A stretch of DNA of 41,951 nt from Paramoeba atlantica (Eukaryota; Protista; Discosea), in the NCBI GenBank assembly GCA_977017575.1, contig CDRNVI010000114.1, positions 1 through 41,951 on the forward strand, written 5' to 3'. Positions within the stretch are counted from its first letter, which is position 1. Each line of letters starts with the position of its first letter. Positions 1 through 11,263 of the stretch are shown one piece after another. The notes under the pieces were generated by a model that worked only from the letters and a program-made list of their open reading frames with translations, ran no database searches and was not told the origin of the DNA. Made by a program: the position numbers and the translations under genes.

Positions 1-1
1 A

Positions 2-670
2 ATCATTGCGGGTACCAGTGCGGTAGGTACGCAACAAACCATTGAATTAACTGAGGCTGCTGCCAGATTGGGTGTAGATGGGTGTTTGATTATGACACCT
101 GCATACGTAAAACCAACTCAAGCAGGCTTATATCAACATTATGCTGCTATTGCTAATGCGGTTGCTATCCCACAAATTTTATATAATGTACCGGAGCGTT
201 GTGTCTGTGATTTATTGCCTGAAACCGTTGTCGAGTTAGCGAAATTGCCTAACATCGTCGCAATTAAAGAAGCCAGTGGTGATCCAAAACGTTCGCAACA
301 GATTATTGAATTGTGTCAAGAATCGTTGGCAGTACTAAGTGGCGAAGATGCCAATACACTAGCCATCATGCAATTTGGTGGTAAAGGTGTAATTTCAGTC
401 ACGGCTAATGTAGTGCCTGAATTATCGCAAGCTCTGTGTGAAGCCGCTCTCCAAGGTGATATGCAACAGGCAAATGCGATTAATCAACAACTAATGCCGC
501 TGCATCAGGTATTATTCATCGAGACAAATCCAATCCCGGTTAAATGGGCGTTATATAAAATGGGGATGATTGAGTCTAGTATCCGCCTGCCATTAACGGT
601 ATTATCTGAGCCGCATCAGGCAGAGGTGCAACAAGCATTACAGCAAGCGGGTGTTGAATTGAAGTATTAA
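2..670 (+). CDS. dapA: 4-hydroxy-tetrahydrodipicolinate synthase, 5' truncated by window edge
   Basis: Frame open from base 2 (IIAGTSAVGT...); motifs PAYVKPTQAGLYQHY, ILYNVP, VAIKEASG, LSGED, GVISVTANV, ETNPIPVKWAL. Confidence 0.97.
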   Translation: MIAGTSAVGTQQTIELTEAAARLGVDGCLIMTPAYVKPTQAGLYQHYAAIANAVAIPQILYNVPERCVCDLLPETVVELAKLPNIVAIKEASGDPKRSQQIIELCQESLAVLSGEDANTLAIMQFGGKGVISVTANVVPELSQALCEAALQGDMQQANAINQQLMPLHQVLFIETNPIPVKWALYKMGMIESSIRLPLTVLSEPHQAEVQQALQQAGVELKY

Positions 671-728
671 TCTTAAATAATAAGAACAATTAACATTGCT
701 TTTTGTTTTAAATAAAATTGGTAGGCAC

Positions 729-1768
729 ATGAAATACACAAATAAACATTATATGTATATTGCAATAGGGTTGTTATGCAGCATTGGTATAACCAGTTGC
801 GCACAATTGGATCCACATAAAACGTTGTGGGAAACAACCCAGCAAGTCACTAAAAAAGCCGGGATAGGTAACCGTGCTAATGAGTATCGAGACAGTAAGG
901 ATGAATCTGACTTGACTATGCCAACAGGCGTGCAGTTATCAGATAGTAAAGCATCGTATCCTGTTCCAAGTGTATCCAATCGCTCAACAACCTTATCTGA
1001 TTCTGATCTGCCACCAGGCAGTTTGGCAGCACGGGTTTATTTAACGAAGCAAGATCCAGGTACATTACAAGTTACTCCACTCAGTCAACTTAAAGTGACT
1101 CGTAATCGTGATGATACGGGATCATTACAGTTGAATACCGGGTTTCAATCAGCTTGGGATGTAACAGGTTTGGCCATTGTTACTAGCCCTTACCAGTTAG
1201 TGAACGCAAATCATGAGGTTGGTATTTATACTATTGCTGACCCAAGGCAAACAAATGCGAATAAACGAAAAAAAATACTGTATCAAATCACTGTTCGAGG
1301 TGGTACGGCACAACAATCACAATTGTTAATAGCTGGAGAAAAAGGGCAGCCATTGCCTGCTAATCAAACTGAGCAAGTGCTACAAACCTTACGTAAACAA
1401 TTATTGGCATTAAATAATAAACAAACTGCACAGTTAAAAACCGGTAGCGTTGGTCACAACCGACATTTTATGCTAATCCGGATATGTTGTTAAATCGATC
1501 CGTTCGTCAGGGACAATCTGCTATCATCACTGCATTGAAAAAAGCAGGGTTTACGACACTTAAATCAGCAGCAAAAAGCAGTGCTTATTTATTCGTTGAT
1601 ACACGTAACAATAAAAAGATTAGCAATGATATGCCAATTTATTTACTGTATTATCGCGATAGGGGACTGTATAGTACTTACTATGTATTAGATAGTAATA
1701 CTAAATTATTACCGGAAAACATAGCACAAGGGATGTTAACAGCTATTAGTAAAGCTATTAATCGCTAA
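729..1768 (+). CDS. bamC: BamC/NlpB-like outer-membrane lipoprotein, one apparent frameshift near 1440-1480
   Basis: Signal peptide with lipobox ITS-C; sits between dapA and purC, the known bamC position; two similar segments (LQLNTGFQSAWDVTGLAI.. and LLNRSVRQGQSAIITALKKAGF..) fit tandem BamC domains. Joins ORFs 696..1493 and 1484..1768. Confidence 0.7.
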
Positions 1769-1781
1769 GAGGAAATAATCA

Positions 1782-2513
1782 ATGCGGTTAGGTAATGAAC
1801 TAACTCGAGGCAAAACTAAGACGATCTATGAAACGGATGTGCCCGATCAACTCATCATTGAATTTCGTAATGATGTGACTGCATACCAAGCTAAAAAACA
1901 TCAGCAATTAGCACGCAAAGGCATGGTGAATAATTATTTTAATGCGTTCATTATGCAAAAACTACGTGATGCGGGCATTGCTAATCATTTTGAGCAATTA
2001 CTCAATGATACTCAATCCGTGGTCAAACGCTTGGACATGATTAAACTAGAATGTGTTGTGCGTAATATTGCTGCAGGCAGTGTGTGTAAGCGTTTAGGGA
2101 TTGAATCCGGCTATACGTTTAATACACCCTTATTTGAATTATTTTATAAAGAAGATTCATTAGATGATCCCTTAGTTAGCGAGGATCATGCACTTGCATT
2201 TAGTTGGGCAACACGTGAGGAATTGACACGTATGCGTGAATTAACCTTTGCCGTTAATAATGTATTAAAACCATTGTTTGCTGAAAAAGGTATTTTATTA
2301 GTAGATTACAAATTAGAGTTTGGGCGTTTTCAAGGTGATTTATTGTTGGGGGATGAGTTTACCCCAGATGGTTGTCGTATTTGGGATGTTGATACTCACC
2401 AAATTCTAGATAAAGATCGCTTCCGTCAAGATTTGGGGGATGTGATTGAAAGCTATGAAATAGCGGCAAAACGATTAGGCATCGTGTATCCAAATACATC
2501 GACAGCTGCTTAA
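1782..2513 (+). CDS. purC: Phosphoribosylaminoimidazole-succinocarboxamide (SAICAR) synthase
   Basis: GKTKTIY, FRNDVTA, LECVVRNIAAGS, LVDYKLEFG, GDEFTPDGCRIWD, LDKDRFRQDLG; intact 243 aa. Confidence 0.98.
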   Translation: MRLGNELTRGKTKTIYETDVPDQLIIEFRNDVTAYQAKKHQQLARKGMVNNYFNAFIMQKLRDAGIANHFEQLLNDTQSVVKRLDMIKLECVVRNIAAGSVCKRLGIESGYTFNTPLFELFYKEDSLDDPLVSEDHALAFSWATREELTRMRELTFAVNNVLKPLFAEKGILLVDYKLEFGRFQGDLLLGDEFTPDGCRIWDVDTHQILDKDRFRQDLGDVIESYEIAAKRLGIVYPNTSTAA

Positions 2514-2515
2514 AC

Positions 2516-2535
2516 CTAATCCGCAGTTGGATTAG
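2516..2535 (+). terminator. Hairpin just after the purC stop, possible terminator or processing stem
   Basis: CTAATCC-GCAGTT-GGATTAG, a perfect 7-bp inverted repeat; no clear U-tract. Confidence 0.25.
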
Positions 2536-2577
2536 CCTGCGAATTTTAGGTTAAATGTAGCGTTTGCAAAGAGAATA

Positions 2578-2670
2578 GGAGAGGTACCGAAGCGGTCATA
2601 ACGGCGTCGACTCGAAATCGAATGGGGGGGTTAACGCTCCCACGCGGGTTCGAATCCCGCCTCTCCGCCA
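2578..2670 (+). tRNA. tRNA-Ser, anticodon CGA
   Basis: Acceptor 5' GGAGAGG; anticodon loop CT-CGA-AA; long variable arm; T-arm GCGGG-TTCGAAT-CCCGC; discriminator G plus encoded CCA. The 3' acceptor strand is one C short, probably a sequencing deletion. Confidence 0.93.
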
Positions 2671-2722
2671 GGCTTCGCCTGTCCTTCGTGCTTGCGCACT
2701 ACGCCGAACTACGCCCGGCAAG
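2669..2722. repeat. GC-rich palindromic REP-like element abutting the tRNA 3' end
   Basis: Hairpins CAGGC-TTC-GCCTG (2669-2681) and GTGC-TTGC-GCAC (2688-2699), then a direct repeat CTACGCC-GAA-CTACGCC. Confidence 0.45.
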
Positions 2723-4713
2723 AAACGACCGAAAAGGAGGAAGAGTATCAAGGAAAGAGTGAAGAAGAATATGAAGAAGAGCATGATGTTTTCTATCAAC
2801 TTCCTCGACATACTCAGATCATTTCCCAATTACAATATAAATATTTATTAAATAAAGTTGAGCACTTCATAACTACTGAACCAGACAGTATACTTTACTT
2901 TATCGAAAAAGAACTGAAAAATGAATGTGAGAAGTATGTAGGTGAGTTTAATACTTTATTATCATCATTTAAAGGCAGCGAAGACAGCCACAAAATTTGC
3001 GCAGTAGACCTACATGGCCAAAATAACATTTCCTCATTATTGCGAAATGTTTTTTCTTATACTGGAGTTGTGTTGTCTATAGCTGCAATAGCTGCTTGTT
3101 TGTATAAAAGTAGTTCTATTGCTTTGTTTATAGCTGATATATTTAAATCTATAATTGATGATACTGAAGATAGATACTTATTATTTGTAGGCTTAGCAAC
3201 CATATTGTCCGCTATAGTTGTGCTAGCGTTGTTAATAGCGATATCTCATAAGTTTATACGTCAGATGTTTAATAAATTGGGTGGTACACTTTATATGGCA
3301 TCTGAATATAGTTACTACGATTCTATAAATCAGGATGATCAGTTTAAAGAAGCGATCTCATTAGATGAGATACCATCAGATGAGGAAGCCGGCAATCCAC
3401 CTAACACAGCACACATAAAAATTTTCCCTGCTGATTTGGCAAAAGTAATATCTTTTTCTAAGCATCCTATCGTTAAATTTTTTGCTATGTTATCTCAAGC
3501 AGACGATTTAACAAATGAGCCTGCATATATGAATATGATTCCATTACGATTAATACAACAAAGTAATCTTTTTCAGGAAGATCAACCATCTAAATTTAAG
3601 ACATACTTAGCACCACCTTGTGAATTTCTTGATAAAAGATAATCACTATGGCCAGTTTTTTGACTTTAAACGTACAATAACTACACTAGAAAACTCTGCG
3701 AAAAATTTACCTGACAGAATGAGCAACTTTGCAGATAGAATAAAAAAAATAATCCAAGAAAAAAATCTGTCAAATTTACCTAAAGTAAATTTTCAACGTC
3801 AAAATGGTACTGCTTTTAAATCTATCCTTGCAACAAGATTAGAATTGACACAGCAAGTTTAGATGAATTGGCATTGTTGCTTGCCTTTACTATGATTTAC
3901 GATAAATATAATCCAGGTGAAGAAAGAGATAGCTTATCTGTTGCTTCACAAGCTATCTACAATAGTTTATGGTTCAATAAAGAGGAATTGACTTTATTCG
4001 GCAATGCCTTCCTTGAACTTCAACAAGAAGAACGAGATGCTAAAAACACATTATATTGATGCATTTTCAAAATGGCTGCGTGAATCATTAGCATTACTAC
4101 GTCAATCAATTAATATTCTGCGAAGTGATATGCGTACTGGCTGTACTGTAGACTTTGTATCTTATTTTTATTATAAAAAGCAACCGGTTAGACCTTTGTT
4201 ACTACAAGCGCTTATTACTATTGCGCATGATCAGACTTTAAATTGTATCATTGAATTTTTTGATGATGATATGTAAGAAATTAGTCAATTCTTTAATCGA
4301 ATACGTAACGATAGTGGCATAAATGATATTAGCATAGATAATGAGTTGTTTTTTTGAAAAAATTGATCAAATAGAGCAGCTAACTAGTTTGGATAGTTTT
4401 AATAGAAAAATTAATTATGCTATTACAATACTTACACAGCTATTATTAGAAAAAGATTCTGATAAAAAAGAATCAAGAGGAAAATTAGAGGAAAAAAGAA
4501 GAAGCAGAAGATGTAGAAATTCCACTAGTAGAGGATGAATCATTATTAGAAGAACAAAGACTCAAAACATTATTTGCTCTGTGGTTTACAGAGAGCAGAG
4601 TAGAGCATGTATCAAGGCCTCCCGATTTGGTGATACCAACAGCTCCGTTTCTTGGCGCCAGCGTTAAAGGTGCTAAAGGCAATCCTGGCAGCAGTTGTAG
4701 TTTTAGTAATTAA
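2692..4713 (+). CDS. Hypothetical acidic protein of about 670 aa with central hydrophobic segments; about 5 indels plus one in-frame stop; start uncertain
   Basis: ORFs 2692..3642, 3620..3862, 3868..4059, 4004..4276 and 4341..4538 plus a final frame ending TAA at 4711-4713 abut or overlap and can be stitched into one protein. No family motif recognised. Confidence 0.5.
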
Positions 4714-4875
4714 ATATGCTCTAAAGCGAGAATAATAAATACATAGTCGCCCTCAAATTATATTTCAATCACGATGTGGGCAGATATAAAAGATGGACTC
4801 ATCTTAAGCTTATACCAGAGCTTCGTTGTGAAAGGTATGTTAGACTACCTTTGTTAAATTCTGATAGGAGGTAAT

Positions 4876-5561
4876 ATGGTGGCCGCAACGCAAACTACGC
4901 TATATGGCGTGCCTATTTCACCATTTGTGCGCAAAGTACGTGTGTTATTAGCGCATAAGCAAATTGACTATGAATTTGTATTAACCCGTCCACATGACAA
5001 GGCAGAGCCGTTTCAATCGCTTAGTCCTTGTGGTAAAATTCCAGTGTTTACTGACGATCAAGTTGTGCTACCCGATTCAGTTGCAAGCTGTGCTTATTTA
5101 GAAAGCACGCTATCCGAATAATCCAGTTTATCCAAACAATCCGGCTGATTATGCAAAAGCAATTTGGTTAGAACAGTTTGCTAATAATGAGCTAAGTCGT
5201 GTTATTAATCCCAAAATATTATGGGCACAGGTAGTCGGTCCATTGTTTTTTGGACAACCAAAAGATGATGCGGTGACTCATGATGCAATGGACTGTTGAC
5301 TTGCCTCCGTTATTTGCTTATTTGGAATCGCAGTTAACCAGTAGTTATTATTTTATTGGTAATATATTTTCAATTGCTGACATGGCTGTGGGTAGTATGT
5401 TATTAGGGATCTATCATGCTGGTTTTCATATTGATCCGGCAACCTGTCCAAGATTGGCAAATTTTATGGAACATTTTTTACAACATCCCATTGTCGCAAC
5501 ATTATGGCGTGAAGAATGTAATCTATTAGAAAAAGCTGCAACGCGTGGTGTCCCTGCATAA
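4876..5561 (+). CDS. Glutathione S-transferase family protein, two apparent frameshifts (near 5110 and 5290)
   Basis: SD GGAGG; LYGVPISPFVRKVRVLLAHKQIDYE, SPCGKIPV, LPDSVASCAYLE; C-terminal YFIGNIFSIADMAVGS..CPRLANF. Confidence 0.9.
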
Positions 5562-6227
5562 TGTTAAGTTTGACTAAACAGCACGTTGCTAGTTTTGATA
5601 TTGATCCTCAAAATGCGTTTACGCCACATTGTCCAGATGAATTGCCAGTCCAAGAAGGGGATCAAATTGTTGCAGAGTTAACTGCACAAGCAGCTTGGGC
5701 AGCTTGGCGTATTGGTTCTAAAGATGCACACAGTCCACAGGCAATTTGGGTAAGTGATGCAACGCATCCACCATTATCCCCTTTAAATGCACCACAAGCT
5801 GATGTGTATTGGCCAGCCCATGCAATACCTGGCACAATTGGTTTTGAATTAATTGATAGTTTACCCAAGCCGGAAGAGTACGATTATTTTATTTTGGAAA
5901 GGGGTTGAGTTGGATTTGCACCCTTATGGTGCGTGTTATCATGATTTGCAAGAAACATTGTCAACCGGTGTCATTGAATTTTTGCATGCCCATGCGATTA
6001 AAGCAGTAATAGTTGGTGGATTAGCAACGGATCACTGCGTGAAAAATACGGTGTTACAGCTACGCCGTGTTAATATAGACGTGTTGGTTAATTTGGCTGC
6101 TTGTCGAGGTATTGATTCACATACGGTTGTTCAAGCAGTTACAGTAATGCAACAAGCTGGTGCGATATTACTAAATAGTGCAAGTGATTTAGCTCAATAT
6201 ATTAGTGTTAATGAGACAGTAACGTGA
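5561..6227 (+). CDS. pncA: Nicotinamidase (isochorismatase family), frameshift near 5890
   Basis: FDIDPQNAF, SKDAH, WPAHAIPGT, FWKG, VGGLATDHCVKNT with the catalytic Cys; TAATG overlap with GST and GTGA overlap with pncB. Confidence 0.9.
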
Positions 6228-7386
6228 TTATTCAATCATTGCTTGATACAGATTTATATAAATTTACCATGATGCAAGCTGTGCTGCATCAGTTTCCCGG
6301 GGCTATTGTTGAATATGCATTTAAATGTCGTACTCCTAATATTGCGTTAAATAAACTGGCTGACAAAATCAGTCAAGAAATTGATCAGTTATGTCAATTA
6401 CAGTTTGCTCAAGACGAATTAGCCTATTTAAATGAGTTTAGCTTCTTTAAAAGTGACTTTATCGATTTTTTGCGTATTTTTAGATTAAACCGAGAATTTA
6501 TTAAAATTACGACTAAAGATGAATTTTCACTCTCAATTAAAGGCCCTTGGTTACATACTATTTTATTTGAAGTGCCTATATTAGCGATTATCAGCGAAGT
6601 ATATTTCAGAGAACTTTATCCTGATTTAAACCTTTGAAGAAGGTCGTAATCGATTACAAGAAAAGATTAAATTAGTTAAACAAGATCCATCTTACGGTAA
6701 CTTTCGATTTTCTGATTTTGGTACCCGTAGACGATTTTCACATGCTTGGCAACGTGAAGTAGATGAAACGTTATCAAAAGCATTGCCCACGCAATTTTCT
6801 GGTACTAGCAATGTGTTTTTCGCTAAAGAATTTGGTATTCGTCCAATGGGAACGATGGCACATGAATACTTACAAGCTTGCCAAGCGCTAGGACCACGCT
6901 TAAGTGATAGCCAACGTTTTGCTTTTGAACATTGGGCACAGGAGTATCGCGGGGAGCTAGGGATCGCCTTATCAGATGTATGTGGAATGAACGCTTTTTT
7001 AAATGATTTTGATTTATTTTTCTGTAAATTGTTTGATGGTGCACGTAATGATTCTGGTGATCCATTTATATGGGGAGATAAACTGTTGACACATTATCAA
7101 AAAAATGCGGGTTAATGCGAAAACAAAAACCATGTTGTTTAGCAATAATTTGACATTTCCCAAAGCGTTACAGCTGTTTGATTATTTTAAAAATAAAACT
7201 AATCCCGTATTTGGTATTGGAACCAATTTAACAAATGACATCGGTCCTGATCCTATTCAGATTGTGATTAAGATGATTGAATGTAATGGTCAACCAGTAG
7301 CAAAAGTGAGTGATGATCCTGGAAAAACCATGTGTCGAGATTTATCTTATCTTGCCTACCTTAAACAAGTCTTTCATATAGAATAA
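6224..7386 (+). CDS. pncB: Nicotinate phosphoribosyltransferase, frameshifts near 6635 and 7105
   Basis: [86 protein letters not shown]. Confidence 0.96.
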
Positions 7387-7403
7387 CTCAGGCACTATTA
7401 AGG

Positions 7404-7423
7404 AAAACCGCCATCTTTGGTGG
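7404..7423 (-). terminator. Intrinsic terminator between convergent genes
   Basis: + strand AAAA-CCGCCA-TCTT-TGGTGG gives a stem plus U-run on the - strand; lies in the 67-nt gap between pncB and the amidotransferase. Confidence 0.45.
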
Positions 7424-7453
7424 ATCTTGCCAGAAAATGTAAACAAAAAGTGC

Positions 7454-8316
7454 TCATGTATGCCAAATACACTGCGCTTTTAGGATAATGGTTCTAAGTA
7501 GGTTTTCTAAATTCTTCTCTACTACTAGTAGATGATTCATAGGAACTTCTATCCATGCGTCAGCACAATCGTTTAAGCGTTCAGAGGCTATTAAGATCGC
7601 GTTGTTGTCATTATTTTGTAATTTATTATTTGCTAGATTTAGCTTGGTAAAATATAAGGTTAATGGAGCAAGGCTATTATAACTGTGATAGCGACTGGCA
7701 AATAGACGTTCACCATCGGTTAATACTGTACTGATTCTTGCTTTAGTACTGCCACCGAAACGCCGTTGGCGTTTCGTAATTTGGCTGATCATTTTATGGT
7801 ATGCTTTGATAATTTGCTTAGTTGTTGCATTGGCCATAGATTGGTTTAAGTAATGCATTAGCAACATAAACAAATGTTCTGAATCTGTTTGTCCATGAAT
7901 AGCATTAAACACATCTTGTTTTAGTAATTTATGCAAGCTGTATTTCAACTTATCAAAATCTTCAATTGTTCCATTATGAACAAATGCATATTGTTGATAG
8001 ATATAAGGATGCGTATTCTCTAAATTAACATTACCGATGGTGGAAGAGCGTACGTGTCCTAAAAACAGGTTGAACGTACTTTGTTTGCAATATGTGTTAG
8101 ATTTTTGTCATTCCAAGCAGGTAAAATTGATTTATATAAAGCAGGTGTTGCATCAATAGAGTGATTATACCAAGCGATACCAACACCATCACCATTTAGT
8201 GTCATGTCAGTTTCTCTAGCAGCACGGCTTTGATCAATCAGCGAATTTTCAGGTTTTTGCAAAATTTCACTAAGGATAATCGGGTCTTTACCTAAGTAAG
8301 CAACATAACGACACAT
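7454..8316 (-). CDS. Class II glutamine amidotransferase (YafJ/EgtC-like), frameshifted
   Basis: N-terminal MCRY with Cys2 nucleophile, NGDGVGIAWY, PAWND, HPYIYQQYAFVHNG (7960-8015 on - strand), GQTDSEHLF, DGERLFASRY, IASERL. Confidence 0.88.
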
Positions 8317-8367
8317 ACCATAACTCTTAATTATTTTTTATATGCCGTTAATTATAGTCTTTATGCG

Positions 8368-9437
8368 CTAACTAGATGATTTTGCGGAAGTTTTTGCTAA
8401 TGTGGCGACAAAATCATTTATAAACGCTTCGGCAGATACTGACAGTGCAACATCTACTGTATGCCCAGTCTGATCATGTCGTTGTATCTTTCCCCATGTC
8501 TGAGACACTTTAGTTTCAACAGATAATGACATAGGGCGCGTGACTACATAGTTTGGGTGAGCTAATATCCCAGCAGCTAACGGATCCCAAAAGTAATACA
8601 TAATATCATTATTAGAAAAATAATTTCTTTCTAATAAACGGGTTAAAAATGTTGTAATGGGGTTATTGGGGTATTTATCAAATTTAGTCAAAATATTAGT
8701 ATTCAGTGGCACTTGGTTAGTAACATCTAATGGAATTAATGTAATTGGGACCCCTGATTGTAATATGATTTGTGCTGCAAGTGGATCAAGATAAAAATTG
8801 ACTTCGGCCGTATTATTATTTGTTTTTGGCATAATTTCATCGACATTGCCAGGTACATTAATTGCACCACCTAACATAACAATACGTTGAATATTCTGCT
8901 TTAAGCGCGGATTTTGATGCAAGACATTAGCTAATGTTGTTAATGGACCAATAGTCAGGATAGAAACCGGTTTTTCTGAATTTTTTAGCAGTTTTTTATA
9001 AGCAAATCTTGCAGGCATAATATCAAGATTATTTACTGGATATTCTGGCAAGTTCATATTTAATAATTCACTTGGGCTTTTGCGAAATTCATCAGGTAAT
9101 CGCTTATTACCAATTAAATTATAGGTTCTACCTTCACCAATAATAAGGGGTTTATTGTATTTTGCCAAAGCGAGTATTCGTTTAAATTTTCTTTTGCGAC
9201 TGGCAAAAATGATACGCCGTTACCATCTAAGATAATGCCACGCACATCAATATTAGGTTGCTTTAATAAATATAAAATAGCCATCCAGCCATCTGATCCC
9301 ATATCAGTATCAATAATGACATTTTTTTTGGTCGGTATGTTATTAAAGAATTTTGTACTGAGGATCCCAGTAAAACCTGCTATCAACAATATGGCTACAA
9401 TACTTGGAAAAATAATCTTACGCATAGCATCGCTCAT
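8368..9437 (-). CDS. Nucleoside hydrolase (IU-NH family) with N-terminal signal/anchor, frameshift near 9170
   Basis: VIIDTDMGSD, ILTIGPLTTLA, IVMLGGAINVPGNV, AEVNFYLDPLAAQII, LIPLDVTNQ, YYFWDPLAA; hydrophobic N-terminus MRKIIFPSIVAILLIAGFTGIL. Confidence 0.9.
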
Positions 9438-9564
9438 CCTATAAGCCTTAAGTAGGTAAAAATCATATCATGCTTATATAGCTAAATAAACTGCACAGAC
9501 ATTTACTATGGATATCGATTTGTAGTAATATTCCTGTTCATTATCATGGCTGAGTAACCCATAT

Positions 9565-10054
9565 ATGGCGGATTCATACCATATTATTGTCGACTTATCA
9601 TTACAGGTATTACGCGTCTTTAATCAGCAAAGGGTATTGTTTTCTTACTTAATTTCGTCGGCTATCAATGGTGCTGGTGAACAAATGAATAGTGAAAAAA
9701 CACCACGTGGTTACCATCAGATCTGCGCCAAAATTGGGGCAGGGGCACCAATTAATACGGTATTTCATGCCAGAAGACCAACAGGAGAAATTTGTACACC
9801 TTATTTACAACAATGTTACCCGCATCGTGATTGGATCGTAACACGTATATTATGGCTTGCTGGCTGTGAGCCAGGTAACAATCGTTTTGGTGCGGTTGAT
9901 ACAGCAAAACGTAAAATTTACATTCATGGTACTCCTGATCCTAATGTGCTTGGTGAACCTAGTTCCCACGGCTGTTTTGCGCATGGCAAACCAGGATATT
10001 ATTGAGTTATTTGATATGATCCCAGCAGGCACACAAGTCTGTATTCAAACATAA
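9565..10054 (+). CDS. L,D-transpeptidase (YkuD family), frameshift near 9980
   Basis: IIVDLSLQVL, SSAINGAGE, KTPRGYHQI, RILWLAGCEPG, IYIHGT..SHGC then RMANQDIIELFD in the next frame. Confidence 0.92.
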
Positions 10055-10099
10055 TAAAAGGGTATCTTACATGAAAATTAATTGCGAAGGATAAACAAT

Positions 10100-11224
10100 A
10101 TGCTAAATGTACTTGAACAATTTACTAAAAAATCGCATCAGGCCATGGTTGGTTAGTTCAAATATTCATATTTATCGTCCTGATTTTTAATAGTTGATTT
10201 AACCATCAAAATTATTTTAGGTCGTTTACTGAAACGCGCTAAAAAAACCAATAATGTTTGGGCAGAAAGCTTTATTTGGGCGTTGATTGCCCCGTTACGT
10301 TTACTCATTTGGGTGGTTGGTATTCTATATGCACTAGAAATATTGCACTATCGAATCCCCAACTTAATCATTTTTAATATGTTGCCAATCATGCGTAGTA
10401 TTGGCACAGTTATGATTGTCGCGTGGGGGCTTACCGTTTTACAACAGCCGCAGAAACATTCTTAGCGAGAAAGTATGCCGATAAAAAAACAGGTTTGGAC
10501 AGAACACTAATTCATGCCATTGGCAAACTGACACATGTTGCTATTTTAATTACAGCCGCATTAGTGTTATTACAAACATTGGGCTTGAGCATTTCAGGGA
10601 TCTTAGCCTTTGGTGGGATTGGTGGTTTGGCAGTCAGTTTTGCTGCCAAAGATATGTTATCTAACTTTTTTGGTGGCTTGATGCTGTATTTAGATAGGCC
10701 ATTTAAAATTGGGGAGTGGATCCGTTCACCGGATAAAAATATCGAAGGAGTTGTTGAGCACATTGGTTGGCGTCTAACCCAGATCCGCACGTTTGATAAA
10801 CGGGTTTTATTTGTGCCTAATTCAGTATTTTCAACTATTTCAGTTGAAAATCCATCACGTATGACTAACCGACGCATTCGCACGGTAATTGGTTTACGTT
10901 ATGACGATGCAGCTAAATTGGCAGACATCATTCAAGCTGTTGAAGATATGCTATTGGCTCATCCTGATATTGATACTAAGATGACGTTGTTTGTACGATT
11001 TGTTGAATATGGTTCGTCATCGCTAAATTTTTTAATTTATACCTTCACTAAAACAACTGATTGGGTAACCTTTCAAAGTGTGCAACAAGATGTACTATTG
11101 AAAGTAATGGAATATTATTAATCAATTTGACGCACAAGTTGCATTTCCAACAACAACACTGCATATTGCAGATGACATTCAACTAGGCACATTACAGAGA
11201 GAATCACAGCATGACCATTCCTGA
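10100..11224 (+). CDS. mscS: Small-conductance mechanosensitive channel (MscS family), about 3 frameshifts
   Basis: LAFGGIGGLAVSFAAKDMLSNFFGG, RPFKIGEWI, GVVEHIGWRLTQIRTFD, VPNSVFS, NPSRMTNRRI; after a shift near 11112 continues NQFDAQVAFPTTTLHI..HDHS* (TGA 11222-11224). Confidence 0.93.
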
Positions 11225-11263
11225 AAAGATTATTGATGTTGCTAATAAAGCAACTTGCTTGTA
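11211..11263 (+). pseudogene. hpt: First 17 codons of a probable hypoxanthine-guanine phosphoribosyltransferase, cut at the junction
   Basis: ATG overlapping the mscS end encodes MTIPEKIIDVANKATCL, resembling the Legionella-type HGPRT N-terminus (MTIPxKI..KxTCLY) as I recall it; then the sequence turns AT-rich. Confidence 0.6.

Noticed and set aside
4690-4713. CaaX prenylation motif on the orphan protein (..SSCSFSN*)
   Set aside because: The Cys is fifth from the end, not fourth, and the following residues are not aliphatic.
2650-4875. Classical tRNA-anchored island bounded by a duplicated tRNA 3' end
   Set aside because: No second copy of the tRNA-Ser 3' sequence and no integrase found before the GST gene.
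729-11224. Mass pseudogenisation or programmed frameshifting of the bacterial genes
   Set aside because: Catalytic motifs are intact on both sides of each shift and the breaks are single-base indels typical of long-read error; no slippery-site plus stem pattern seen.
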